DNA of 64,000 nt, taken from Escherichia phage vB_EcoM-pEK20. The stretch lies in the sequence record MZ868638.1; one strand, written 5' to 3'. Both the position numbers and the translations under genes were made by a program. Below are positions 1 to 8,345 of the stretch, piece by piece; the stretch's first letter is position 1; every line of letters starts with the position of its first letter. The notes beneath the pieces were generated by a model. It was not told the DNA's origin. It searched no databases and was given only the letters and a program-made list of their open reading frames with translations.

Positions 1-33
1 AACATTTAAAACAGGAACTTGGAAAGCGTATAT

Positions 34-315
34 ATGAAAACATATAGTGAATTTTTATCAGAATCTATTCTTAACGAAGCTACTGACACATTTGCAACTA
101 AGCTAGGTGCAGCTTTGGTTGAAGCTGAAAGTTTATTAGCACGTATTTCTGAACTTGCTAGTAAGATAGATACTCGCAAATTTGAGCGCACCAGTGATAT
201 CGTTAAGCTTGAAGCCTTGTTGCGTATGTGCGATAAACCGGAAGAAATCGCTAAGAACGGCTCGCTGATGAAACAACGTCTTGAAAAATATATTTCAGGC
301 GCTTCAGAAAAATAG
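34..315 (+). CDS. Internal-protein-like, capsid-targeted (N-terminal CTS MKTYSEFLSE)
   Basis: ORF 19-315, internal ATG at 34; N-terminus matches T4 internal protein capsid targeting sequence MKTYQEFIAE with LxE prohead protease site; sits upstream of denV like ipII/ipIII. Confidence 0.5.
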   Translation: MKTYSEFLSESILNEATDTFATKLGAALVEAESLLARISELASKIDTRKFERTSDIVKLEALLRMCDKPEEIAKNGSLMKQRLEKYISGASEK

Positions 316-316
316 T

Positions 317-346
317 GTTTACTTCCTCCAAGGGTTTTGATACTAT
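317..346 (+). promoter_or_regulatory. T4-type early promoter (GTTTAC -35, TACTAT -10); spacer TTCCTCCAAG is inverted repeat of RBS region CTTGGAGGAA at 361-370
   Basis: GTTTAC at 317-322, 18-nt spacer, TACTAT at 341-346, immediately upstream of denV. Confidence 0.45.
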
Positions 347-373
347 ACATTCATCAACTACTTGGAGGAAATT

Positions 374-787
374 ATGACTCGTATCAATTTAACACTTGTT
401 TCTGAACTGGCCGACCAACATCTTATGGCTGAGTATCGTGAATTACCACGCGTATTTGGTGCAGTCCGTAAACATGTTCAAAACGGTAAACGTGTAAAGG
501 ATTTTAAAATCTCTCCAACATTTATCTTAGGCACAGGTCACGTAACATTCTTTTACGACAAACTCGAATTTTTACGTTTACGCCAAATCGAGCTAATCGC
601 TGAATGCTTGAAACGTGGTTTCAAAATCAAGGACACGACTGTCCAGGATATTTCCGACATCCCTGCCGAATTTCGTAATAATTATGTCCCGTCCGAAGCG
701 TCCATTGCGATAAGTCAAGCACGCTTAGATGAAAAAATTGCTCAACGTCCGACTTGGTACAAATACTATGGTAAATCAATTTACTAA
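374..787 (+). CDS. denV: Endonuclease V, pyrimidine-dimer DNA glycosylase / AP lyase
   Basis: Protein [35 protein letters not shown]... is near-identical to T4 DenV as recalled; start at internal ATG 374 of ORF 362-787. Confidence 0.95.
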   Translation: MTRINLTLVSELADQHLMAEYRELPRVFGAVRKHVQNGKRVKDFKISPTFILGTGHVTFFYDKLEFLRLRQIELIAECLKRGFKIKDTTVQDISDIPAEFRNNYVPSEASIAISQARLDEKIAQRPTWYKYYGKSIY

Positions 788-793
788 GGAAAA

Positions 794-910
794 ATGAAAA
801 TGTATCAAGAATTTATCATTGAAGCAGAGGCCAAAGGTCCTAAAGTAGATGTTGACGATATTGGATATGATTTTAACAACTTCGGAATTATTTCTGGCGG
901 TAAAGCTTAA
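794..910 (+). CDS. Small CTS-tagged peptide (38 aa), internal-protein-like
   Basis: ATG 794, MKMYQEFIIEAEAKGPK...; same N-terminal motif as neighbouring ORFs; below the 60-aa cut-off of the ORF track. Confidence 0.35.
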   Translation: MKMYQEFIIEAEAKGPKVDVDDIGYDFNNFGIISGGKA

Positions 911-913
911 ACG

Positions 914-943
914 GTTTACGCTTAAGTATTAATATGGTATAAT
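914..943 (+). promoter_or_regulatory. T4-type early promoter
   Basis: GTTTAC 914-919, TATAAT 938-943, upstream of ORF 974. Confidence 0.4.
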
Positions 944-973
944 TGCTCTATCAAAACAAACAAGGAAACAAAA

Positions 974-1288
974 ATGAAAACCTATAAAGAATTTATTGCA
1001 GAATCCGCCAACCAACGCGTTGAAGGTGGTTATATTTGGATTGAACAAGTTGAGCCACCGAGCCGCACTTCTACAGGTAAATGGAAAATTACTGTTGATG
1101 GTCCTGGTGGTAAACGTAGGACTCTTAAAGAAATTAATGGGTACTATGAAGAAGCTCTTTCGGATGCAGGAACTTACATGATGCAAATCATGATTAAAAA
1201 CCCTGAAAACCGTTTTGCAGCTAAAGTCTTCCGCCGTATTGGTAATAAACTTTATGATGCATATTCTAAAAACTTCCCTAAAGAATAA
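974..1288 (+). CDS. Internal-protein-like, capsid-targeted (CTS MKTYKEFIAE), 104 aa
   Basis: N-terminal CTS motif; rest has no family I can name. Confidence 0.5.
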   Translation: MKTYKEFIAESANQRVEGGYIWIEQVEPPSRTSTGKWKITVDGPGGKRRTLKEINGYYEEALSDAGTYMMQIMIKNPENRFAAKVFRRIGNKLYDAYSKNFPKE

Positions 1289-1314
1289 CATAAATTAAAA
1301 CAATAGGAAAAAAA

Positions 1315-1617
1315 ATGAAAACATATCAAGAATTTATTACTGAAGCGCGAGTGAGTGCAGGTAAATTAGAAGCCGCTATAAATAAAAAGGCCCATTCATT
1401 TCATGATTTGTCCGATAAAGACCGTAAGAAACTTGTAAGCCTTTATATTGACAAAGAGCGTATTCTCGCTCTTCCTGGCGCTAATGAAGGTAAACAGGCC
1501 AAGCCTTTGAATGCCGTCGAAAAGAAAATTGATAACTTTGCTTCTAAATTCGGTATGTCTATGGATGACCTTCAGCAAGCGGCTATCGAAGCAGCTAAAG
1601 TAATTAAAGGTAAATAA
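1315..1617 (+). CDS. Internal protein (T4 IP family), CTS MKTYQEFITE
   Basis: 100 aa; N-terminus and body resemble T4 internal protein sequences as recalled. Confidence 0.55.
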   Translation: MKTYQEFITEARVSAGKLEAAINKKAHSFHDLSDKDRKKLVSLYIDKERILALPGANEGKQAKPLNAVEKKIDNFASKFGMSMDDLQQAAIEAAKVIKGK

Positions 1618-1619
1618 CA

Positions 1620-1649
1620 GTTTACTTTCTCCTAGAATTGTGATAGTAT
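1620..1649 (+). promoter_or_regulatory. T4-type early promoter
   Basis: GTTTAC 1620-1625, TAGTAT 1644-1649; precedes denV-like remnant. Confidence 0.4.
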
Positions 1650-1674
1650 ATTCATAATTACTTGGATGGGTAAA

Positions 1675-1804
1675 ATGACTTATATTAATTTGACTTTAGT
1701 ATCTAAATTTGCTGATCAACATTTAATCGCCGAATACTGTGAATTGCCACGTGTTTTTTGGTATAATTCGTAAACACGTGGCAAAAATATTTACATTCAA
1801 ATAA
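1675..1804 (+). pseudogene. denV-like 5' remnant (N-terminal ~43 codons, frameshifted)
   Basis: [28 protein letters not shown] matches DenV residues 1-28; a T7 run at 1754-1759 shifts frame, +1 frame continues FGIIRKHV (DenV FGAVRKHV) then stops at 1802-1804. Confidence 0.6.
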
Positions 1805-1946
1805 AATGGGAACAACCTGGACCTCATGATTCTATGAGGGATTCCCGCCAACCTGTAATAAGGTCGAGCCCAAGTGCGGTAATGGGTAAATACAGAAATG
1901 GACAATTCATGCGCCACGGAACGGCCCCAACCTTAAGAGAAACTAA

Positions 1947-2486
1947 ATGAGAACATTTTTAACCGGACCTTATCTATCCCTGATGAATGCTTTTACACAC
2001 CATTCTGATGCTAGAGTAGAAGAAATTTGTAAGAACGGTTATGCCCCACCATTTGAAGACGTACTCAAGCAGTACTGTACACTTCGTTTAGACGGTGGCA
2101 GACAATCCGGTAAATCAATTGCTGTGACTAATTTTGCTGCTAATTGGTTGTATGATGGCGGAACGGTTATTGTTCTTTCTAATACTTCAGCTTATGCTAA
2201 AATTTCTGCTGGCAACATTGAAAAAGAATTTTCTCGTTATTCTAGCGACGATATTCGATTCCGTTTATTTACTGATTCTGTTCGTAGTTTTATTGGTAAT
2301 GAAGGACATAAATTCCGTGGATTAACACTTTCTCGTATTCTGTACATAATTGACGAGCCTATTAAAGCTCCTGATATGGATAAGATTTACGACATCCATA
2401 TTAAAACAGTCCAACACTGTTGCAAAAGCAAATATTGCATCGGCGGTAATGCTCGTCCTCAATTTTTTGTGATTGGAATGCAATGA
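1947..2486 (+). CDS. Small P-loop NTPase (Walker A GGRQSGKS, Walker B ILYIIDEP)
   Basis: Motifs read from translation; family not assignable by eye. Confidence 0.4.
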   Translation: MRTFLTGPYLSLMNAFTHHSDARVEEICKNGYAPPFEDVLKQYCTLRLDGGRQSGKSIAVTNFAANWLYDGGTVIVLSNTSAYAKISAGNIEKEFSRYSSDDIRFRLFTDSVRSFIGNEGHKFRGLTLSRILYIIDEPIKAPDMDKIYDIHIKTVQHCCKSKYCIGGNARPQFFVIGMQ

Positions 2487-2791
2487 TGACCGCTATTGAA
2501 GTTTTTGAGTACTGTTATAACAGCCCAGTATGCAATAAAAGGGCCCTTGTAGAAAATTATGAGATTTACCATTTTAAACCTAAACGATACCGTTTGACTA
2601 AAGGTCCGTTCGCAGGGCAGCAGGTTCTTTGTACTGCTCCTAATGCACGGTTGATGACTAGTATTCCACATTTCAAAATGGAATTTATTGATGGGCCATT
2701 TAAAGGATTAATCACTCAAAGTTTAATGGCGTTTAATTCCGACCCATTTTTGATTAAAGAAAAAACTTGGATAAATTTATTTTCTAATTGA
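2483..2791 (+). CDS. Hypothetical protein, start overlaps stop of upstream NTPase (ATGA)
   Basis: ORF with overlapping start/stop suggesting translational coupling. Confidence 0.3.
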   Translation: MMTAIEVFEYCYNSPVCNKRALVENYEIYHFKPKRYRLTKGPFAGQQVLCTAPNARLMTSIPHFKMEFIDGPFKGLITQSLMAFNSDPFLIKEKTWINLFSN

Positions 2792-2797
2792 GGTTAT

Positions 2798-3160
2798 ATG
2801 AAAGCATATCAAATTCTTGAAGGTGAACATAAAGGCACTATTTATTTTGAAGACGGTACTCAAGCCCGGATTATTGTCTCTAAGACTTTTAAAGAAGACA
2901 CTATTGTAGACCCGGAAATTTTCTACGGTTTGAATGCTCGTGAAATTGAAATTGAACATCAACCTAAAGTTAAAATTGAAGGTGGTCAACACCTGAACGT
3001 TAACGTTCTGCGTCGCGAAACTCTGGAAGATGCAGTTAAGCATCCAGAAAAATATCCGCAGCTGACCATCCGTGTATCCGGTTATGCAGTTCGCTTTAAC
3101 TCTCTGACTCCGGAACAGCAGCGCGACGTTATCGCTCGTACCTTTACCGAGAGTCTATAA
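2798..3160 (+). CDS. Autonomous glycyl radical cofactor (GrcA/YfiD-like)
   Basis: C-terminal ~58 aa [59 protein letters not shown] matches E. coli GrcA as recalled, including the glycyl-radical motif RVSGY. Confidence 0.85.
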   Translation: MKAYQILEGEHKGTIYFEDGTQARIIVSKTFKEDTIVDPEIFYGLNAREIEIEHQPKVKIEGGQHLNVNVLRRETLEDAVKHPEKYPQLTIRVSGYAVRFNSLTPEQQRDVIARTFTESL

Positions 3161-3384
3161 TGGCTAAATTGATTATAGAAGGGTCTGAAGATGTTTTAAA
3201 ATGTTTTGCCGCCTGGTTTAGTTGCCCAGGCGAGCAATCATTCATTGAAGCATTTAGAACGGGTGATATTACTGGAAACTATCCGACAACTGATATCACT
3301 GTACGTGGATATGGTATTAATGAGCCTATCCAATTGGTCGAATATGACCTTGCCACCGATGAGGAAATTCCTTATGTCGATTGA
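3160..3384 (+). CDS. Hypothetical protein
   Basis: ORF only. Confidence 0.3.
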   Translation: MAKLIIEGSEDVLKCFAAWFSCPGEQSFIEAFRTGDITGNYPTTDITVRGYGINEPIQLVEYDLATDEEIPYVD

Positions 3385-3619
3385 AGACATCAAAGGCTAC
3401 AAGCCGCATACCGATGATAAAATCGGTAAAGTGAACGCTATTAAAGATGCCGAAGTTCGTTTAGGACTTATTCTAGACGCCCTGGCAGAAGAAGCATTAT
3501 CAGCAAATACTCCTGAAGCTCTGACGGCTTTGTCCCAATTGAACTGTGCTAAAGAACGCCTAAAGGAAGCTAGTATGTGGGCTTGTCGTGCGGTATTTCA
3601 ACCAGAGGAAAAATACTAA
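3374..3619 (+). CDS. Hypothetical protein
   Basis: Internal ATG of ORF 3206-3619, overlaps upstream stop. Confidence 0.3.
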   Translation: MSIEDIKGYKPHTDDKIGKVNAIKDAEVRLGLILDALAEEALSANTPEALTALSQLNCAKERLKEASMWACRAVFQPEEKY

Positions 3620-3918
3620 TGGCTCAAATCCTATCAGGCTTTGGAACTCATTATGAAGCATCTCGACGCATAACTGAAAGCAATCCTTTTGGCCTTGTTC
3701 CGAAGCACAAGAAAATTCAAAGCCTTGATGACTTTGAGAATCGCCTATGGGCCCTCTTTAATGAGTACAAGGCATATCTGAAAGAAGACGCTGACGATTG
3801 TCTTGAAGAAGATGAGATTGCGTATTACGAACAACGCCTTGAACAGCTCAAGAACTTCCACCAGGTTCGTGACGAAGTATCTAAAGCAGTTAAAAAGTTA
3901 ATTCCTTTCAAAGAGTAG
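3619..3918 (+). CDS. Hypothetical protein
   Basis: ATG 3619 overlapping upstream stop (TAATG). Confidence 0.3.
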   Translation: MAQILSGFGTHYEASRRITESNPFGLVPKHKKIQSLDDFENRLWALFNEYKAYLKEDADDCLEEDEIAYYEQRLEQLKNFHQVRDEVSKAVKKLIPFKE

Positions 3919-3946
3919 TTTACTTCTCCTCTAGTTGTGTTACTAT
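3918..3946 (+). promoter_or_regulatory. T4-type early promoter with stem-loop (PeSL-like)
   Basis: GTTTAC 3918-3923, TACTAT 3941-3946; arm TTCTCCTCTAGTTG 3924-3937 pairs with CAACTAGAGGAGAA 3955-3968. Confidence 0.45.
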
Positions 3947-3974
3947 AGACCTGTCAACTAGAGGAGAAATCAAA

Positions 3975-4433
3975 ATGACTATCAATTCAGACGTTTTTAT
4001 CCGCCGCAATAAACTCCGTCGAATCTTTGAAACGGAGTTCCGCAAAATAAATGCCAGTATAAAAGATGCTGCAAAGTCTCTTGGACTACCGGGCTTTCAT
4101 ATCAAGTATTCTCAACATCTCTTAGATCGTGCCATCCAGAGAGAAATAGATGAGAATTACGTTTTTGAATTATTTCATAAAGTAAAAAATCATGTTAAAG
4201 AAGTTGCAGAATTTTTATCAATGCCGGCACGTCCAGATGTTGATGAAGATTTTGTCGAAGGTGTCGAATATCGCCCAGGCCGTTTAGAAATAACTGATGG
4301 AAATCTTTGGTTAGGACTTACAGTTTGTCGCGAAAATCCAGCATTCAAAATGAAGACTCTTCAATGCAGAATGGCTATTATTAACAATAAACGACTACCA
4401 GGAAAAGCTTCTAAAGCAGTGATTAAAATCTAG
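3975..4433 (+). CDS. regB: RegB-like sequence-specific endoribonuclease
   Basis: 152 aa; resembles T4 RegB as recalled and lies between denV and tk. Confidence 0.55.
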   Translation: MTINSDVFIRRNKLRRIFETEFRKINASIKDAAKSLGLPGFHIKYSQHLLDRAIQREIDENYVFELFHKVKNHVKEVAEFLSMPARPDVDEDFVEGVEYRPGRLEITDGNLWLGLTVCRENPAFKMKTLQCRMAIINNKRLPGKASKAVIKI

Positions 4434-4441
4434 AGGTAAAC

Positions 4442-4984
4442 ATGAGAAAAGCACTACTCGCTGGTCTATTTGCTCTTTCATTATCAGCACATAGCTCCGA
4501 GCATACTTTTAGTAATGTCCAACTCGATAACTTGAATTATGCTTATCAGTTTGGGGAACAGTTTTCTAAGGATGGAAAATTTAAAACGCATGAAAATATG
4601 CATAAGAAAGGACTTGGATACATAATGGCCGCAATACTATGGCAGGAATCATCTGCCGGTATTAATCTTAAAGATAAGAAAGGTCACCATGCGTATGGAA
4701 TGTTCCAAAATTATCTACCAACAATGAGGGCAAGAATTAACCAACTTGGTTATAATATGACTGATGCCCAAATTAAGAAAATGCTATCTAAGCGGTCTAA
4801 TTCAGCCAGATGGGCTTATATAGAATTTTCTTATTGGTTAAATATACATAACGGGGATATAAGGAAAGCCTTATCCTCATATAATGCGGGATGGAAGACA
4901 AGTGCTGGAAGTAAATATGCTTCTGAAGTCCTAGAAAAGGCTAATTACCTTAAATCAAATAAACTACTGGAAATAAAAGAATGA
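4442..4984 (+). CDS. Periplasmic lytic transglycosylase-like protein with signal peptide
   Basis: Signal peptide MRKALLAGLFALSLSA; Slt-type motifs E-S-S (WQESSAG), GMFQ and YNAGW. Confidence 0.5.
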   Translation: MRKALLAGLFALSLSAHSSEHTFSNVQLDNLNYAYQFGEQFSKDGKFKTHENMHKKGLGYIMAAILWQESSAGINLKDKKGHHAYGMFQNYLPTMRARINQLGYNMTDAQIKKMLSKRSNSARWAYIEFSYWLNIHNGDIRKALSSYNAGWKTSAGSKYASEVLEKANYLKSNKLLEIKE

Positions 4985-5328
4985 CCAAAATGTTGGCTTT
5001 AATAGTTGGCTTGGTTTCATTTAACGCTCTTGCTAATACTACATATACTGATGTAACGGAGTATACAAACAGAACGGCGTCTGATTATTGTGGTAAAAGT
5101 CAAGAGTGTAAAGTAGATTTTTCACAAAAATTGTTATATGCGTATAAAGACGGAGAAAAAGACGGGGCGTCTAGTAGGTTCAAGGCGTCTACTTTAATTA
5201 AAAGATACTATAAAAAATGGCAAATATTAGAATGCTCGGTGGCGGAACCTAAAGATAAGGCGGCATGCAATTCTATGGTGGACCGTCTAGTTGACTCTTA
5301 TACTAGAGGACTTGTAGCAAGTGATTAA
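4981..5328 (+). CDS. Secreted small protein (signal peptide, Cys-containing)
   Basis: N-terminal hydrophobic signal MTKMLALIVGLVSFNALA. Confidence 0.35.
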   Translation: MTKMLALIVGLVSFNALANTTYTDVTEYTNRTASDYCGKSQECKVDFSQKLLYAYKDGEKDGASSRFKASTLIKRYYKKWQILECSVAEPKDKAACNSMVDRLVDSYTRGLVASD

Positions 5329-5788
5329 AAACTATATCAAGGGCGATATTGTCGCCCTGTTTTCTAAAGGTAATAATATTGCTCATGGGTGCAATTGTTT
5401 TCATACAATGGGCGCCGGTGTAGCAGGTCAATTGGCAAAGGCTTATCCAAAAATTTTAGAAGCCGATAAACTTCAAACCGAATTCGGAGATGAGTCTAAA
5501 CTCGGGACTTATTCGGTTTATGAAAAATATTTTAAGACCCATAAAGCTTATTGCTTTAATCTTTATACACAGTTTGAGCCGGGACCTAATTTTGAGTACT
5601 ATGCTTTAATGAATTGTATAATAGAATTAAATGAATTCGGAAAAAATAAGATAACAAAGCCTGTAATTTATATGCCAAGAATTGGTGCAGGTATAGGTGG
5701 TGGAAACTGGGATATCATTGAAGAAATTCTTGATACATATTCCACTAAACTAGAAATTGTGATTGTTGATTGGGAACCATTATTATGA
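5321..5788 (+). CDS. Macro-domain protein (ADP-ribose binding / hydrolase family)
   Basis: GDIVALFSKGNNIAHGCNCFHTMGAGVAGQL and PRIGAGIGGGNW resemble macro-domain motifs; GTG start. Confidence 0.5.
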   Translation: MIKNYIKGDIVALFSKGNNIAHGCNCFHTMGAGVAGQLAKAYPKILEADKLQTEFGDESKLGTYSVYEKYFKTHKAYCFNLYTQFEPGPNFEYYALMNCIIELNEFGKNKITKPVIYMPRIGAGIGGGNWDIIEEILDTYSTKLEIVIVDWEPLL

Positions 5789-5997
5789 ATGTGCATTACC
5801 CACATCCGTTTGATCCTAAAAATAAAGCAGTAATTATTCGTCAATGGGAACGCATTTGTCGTACTAAATGTCCAATTAATAGTCCACATGATGTAGATAA
5901 AGACTACATCGGAACATTCGTTGAATATACCTTTATTGATAAGAAAGGTCGTAAACAACATGTAGAAGAATATTGCTTAAAGGTTACATGGTTATGA
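5785..5997 (+). CDS. Hypothetical protein
   Basis: ORF only. Confidence 0.3.
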   Translation: MNVHYPHPFDPKNKAVIIRQWERICRTKCPINSPHDVDKDYIGTFVEYTFIDKKGRKQHVEEYCLKVTWL

Positions 5998-6179
5998 GTT
6001 TAAGTAAAGAACAAAAAGACATACTATTTTCTCTTATTCACGAAGTTATGGATAAAAATAGTGAATTGGAAAAAGTTTGCGATGAATGCGGTCCTTTTAA
6101 TACCGACGAATACGAAGAACTGTGTAAAGATTTCGACGATAAAGAACAAGAACTTATTGATTATATAAATTCCTTATGA
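5994..6179 (+). CDS. Hypothetical acidic protein
   Basis: ORF only. Confidence 0.3.
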   Translation: MSLSKEQKDILFSLIHEVMDKNSELEKVCDECGPFNTDEYEELCKDFDDKEQELIDYINSL

Positions 6180-6373
6180 TTACTCGCGAACAAAAGAATG
6201 AAATACGATTTTTAATCAGCGAAATTATTAGTTTAGAACGAGATTTATCTTTTGAATTGGCTTCGGATTATGGAGATGCTGAAACATACTACGAATTAGT
6301 AAAATCTATCGATAAAGCTGAAAATGATTTAGAAACATATTTAGAAAATTTAACTAAGGACTCTTATGGCTAG
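6176..6373 (+). CDS. Hypothetical acidic protein
   Basis: ORF only. Confidence 0.3.
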   Translation: MITREQKNEIRFLISEIISLERDLSFELASDYGDAETYYELVKSIDKAENDLETYLENLTKDSYG

Positions 6374-6947
6374 TTTAATTTTTACATATGCCGCTATGAA
6401 CGCTGGTAAGTCTGCTTCATTACTTACTGCCGCTCATAACTATAAAGAACGTGGCATGGGTGTATTAGTTCTTAAACCGGCTATTGATACTCGCGATTCA
6501 AAAGGTGAAATAGTCTCTCGTATTGGTATTCGTCAGGACGCCAATATAATTACAAAAGACATGGATATCTTTGAATTCTATAAATGGGCTGCAGCACAAA
6601 AGGATATTCATTGTGTATTTGTTGACGAAGCTCAATTCTTAACTACTGAAAAGGTGTATCAACTTAGTCGTATTGTTGACGTATACAATGTGCCGGTAAT
6701 GGCATATGGACTACGAACAGATTTTAAAGGTAATCTATTTGAAGGTTCTCAAGCATTAATGGCTATTGCCGATAAGCTTGTTGAACTTAAAGGTGTCTGT
6801 CATTGTGGTAAAAAGACCACAATGGTAGCTAGAGTCACGGAAGACGGACTTCCAATTATAGATGGCAGTCAAATTGAAATTGGTGATACTGATAGATATG
6901 TGTCATTATGCCGGAAGCATTGGAATGATTTGACAGGGTTGTTATAA
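6366..6947 (+). CDS. tk: Thymidine kinase
   Basis: P-loop AAMNAGKS plus C-terminal Zn motif CHCGKK...CRKH; matches T4 Tk. Confidence 0.9.
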   Translation: MASLIFTYAAMNAGKSASLLTAAHNYKERGMGVLVLKPAIDTRDSKGEIVSRIGIRQDANIITKDMDIFEFYKWAAAQKDIHCVFVDEAQFLTTEKVYQLSRIVDVYNVPVMAYGLRTDFKGNLFEGSQALMAIADKLVELKGVCHCGKKTTMVARVTEDGLPIIDGSQIEIGDTDRYVSLCRKHWNDLTGLL

Positions 6948-6974
6948 ATACTAATATCTAACCAAGAGGTATAT

Positions 6975-7187
6975 ATGCAGCAATTAAACGAAAGACAACT
7001 TCGTAATCTTACTGTAACCCAATTGGATGAAATCCGAAGAGAATTAGGACATTCTATTTCTCATTTAAACGAGGATATCCGTCAAACTGGTTCTAAAGCT
7101 GATTATACACGCAAGCGCAAGCTGGAAAAATACCTCACAGATGTTAAGGCCGTCCAAAGGCGAAAAATAAATACTGGCCAAAATTAA
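6975..7187 (+). CDS. Hypothetical protein (rI.-1 position)
   Basis: ORF between tk and rI. Confidence 0.35.
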   Translation: MQQLNERQLRNLTVTQLDEIRRELGHSISHLNEDIRQTGSKADYTRKRKLEKYLTDVKAVQRRKINTGQN

Positions 7188-7199
7188 CAGGAGGCCTAT

Positions 7200-7502
7200 A
7201 TGGCCTTAAGAGCGATAGCTGTCATAGCGATGCTGGGGTTTTTTGCAGCAACAACTCCTATCGTTGGTACTGCACATATCGACCCATATTTTGATAACTT
7301 TATGGAATCAGGGATTAAAAACGTATATACTTTGTTTGAAATTCAAAATGTCGAGAATTCTGAAAAATTCTATAAGTATATGGCAAAGCATTACAAAAAT
7401 AGCCCCTGTGATGATGCATTTGAATGTCATGAACAAGGCATAAAAACCGCCAGACAATTTGCCGAGTTCATGAAAATAAAATTAGAGCCTACATCTATCT
7501 AA
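7200..7502 (+). CDS. rI: Lysis inhibition regulator RI (antiholin-binding)
   Basis: Signal-anchor plus NxDPxFDxFMESGIxxVYxLFE motif, matches T4 RI as recalled. Confidence 0.8.
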   Translation: MALRAIAVIAMLGFFAATTPIVGTAHIDPYFDNFMESGIKNVYTLFEIQNVENSEKFYKYMAKHYKNSPCDDAFECHEQGIKTARQFAEFMKIKLEPTSI

Positions 7503-7508
7503 TTTACT

Positions 7509-7537
7509 AGCCCCTTCCTTATGGTTGGGGCTTTTTG
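7509..7537 (+). terminator. Rho-independent terminator
   Basis: GCCCC 7510-7514 / GGGGC 7527-7531 hairpin followed by T5. Confidence 0.55.
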
Positions 7538-7547
7538 GCATTTAGCA

Positions 7548-7576
7548 GTTTACTTCTCCTCAGGTTGTGTTATAGT
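7548..7576 (+). promoter_or_regulatory. T4-type early promoter
   Basis: GTTTAC 7548-7553, TATAGT 7571-7576; spacer TTCTCCTC is inverted repeat of GAGGAGAA at RBS. Confidence 0.45.
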
Positions 7577-7603
7577 AGTCCTTACTTACTAGAGGAGAAC
7601 GTT

Positions 7604-7783
7604 ATGACACGTAAAGAAAAAATTTCTAAGTTAATGTTTTTGATTGAAGAGTACGCTAATGCGGTATCTGATTGGGAAAATGCTCATGGTTGCGAAGATG
7701 GAGACATCGACATTAACAGAGCTATGAAAAAGATGGCTGAAGCCCACACCGAATTGCAAATGTATGTTAACGAGATTATGTGA
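7604..7783 (+). CDS. Hypothetical protein
   Basis: Internal ATG with GAGGAGAA SD. Confidence 0.35.
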   Translation: MTRKEKISKLMFLIEEYANAVSDWENAHGCEDGDIDINRAMKKMAEAHTELQMYVNEIM

Positions 7784-7790
7784 GGATATT

Positions 7791-8000
7791 ATGCTTTACG
7801 ATTATACTGGAAAATCTGAAGACGGTGTACTTGAACTTTTACCTGAAAGCGCTGAAGATGACGATATGACGACGGTGATGTTTTGTAAAAATGGCCCTGG
7901 GGATAAGGGATGGATTTATCTTCGTCAAGAAAATGACTTAATTGTTTTGGACCCTAAACAAGTTGAAGAACTTTATCAACATTTAAAACACAATCGGTAG
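7791..8000 (+). CDS. Hypothetical protein
   Basis: ORF only. Confidence 0.3.
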   Translation: MLYDYTGKSEDGVLELLPESAEDDDMTTVMFCKNGPGDKGWIYLRQENDLIVLDPKQVEELYQHLKHNR

Positions 8001-8029
8001 TTTACGTCTTGGTAGGACTATGATATAGT
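8000..8029 (+). promoter_or_regulatory. T4-type early promoter with stem-loop
   Basis: GTTTAC 8000-8005, TATAGT 8024-8029; TTGGTAGGA 8009-8017 pairs with TCCTACCAA 8032-8040. Confidence 0.4.
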
Positions 8030-8345
8030 AATCCTACCAAAACAAATGGAGAACAAAATGAAACTTTTGCTTATCGCTTATGTTGTAGTACAATACAATT
8101 ATCCGATGTTTACTTATAACATGGTAAACGGCATAGTGAATCTTATTGAAACGAGTATGGTAAAATGACCCGTGAACAAGCTAATAAATTGATGGACCTT
8201 ATCCGTGACTTACGTGAAGCCGATTCAGATTTGAATGATGTAGCTTATCATGCGGTAAATGATAACGAAGACTTTTATGAAAATCAGGTTGATGCTTGCC
8301 AGAATGCTTTGGTGAATTTTGTTGAAACTTTAATTGGTGAATAAT

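Noticed and set aside
1675-1804. Programmed frameshift producing a second DenV
   Set aside because: Even with a frameshift the DenV-like reading terminates after about 43 codons, so this is a remnant rather than a recoded gene.
2134-2325. Alternative-frame ORFs overlapping stronger ORFs (2134-2325, 7243-7443, 14342-14743, 31397-31591, 32064-32294, 58106-58291)
   Set aside because: Embedded in other frames of confidently assigned genes, with low-complexity or hydrophobic junk-like translations.
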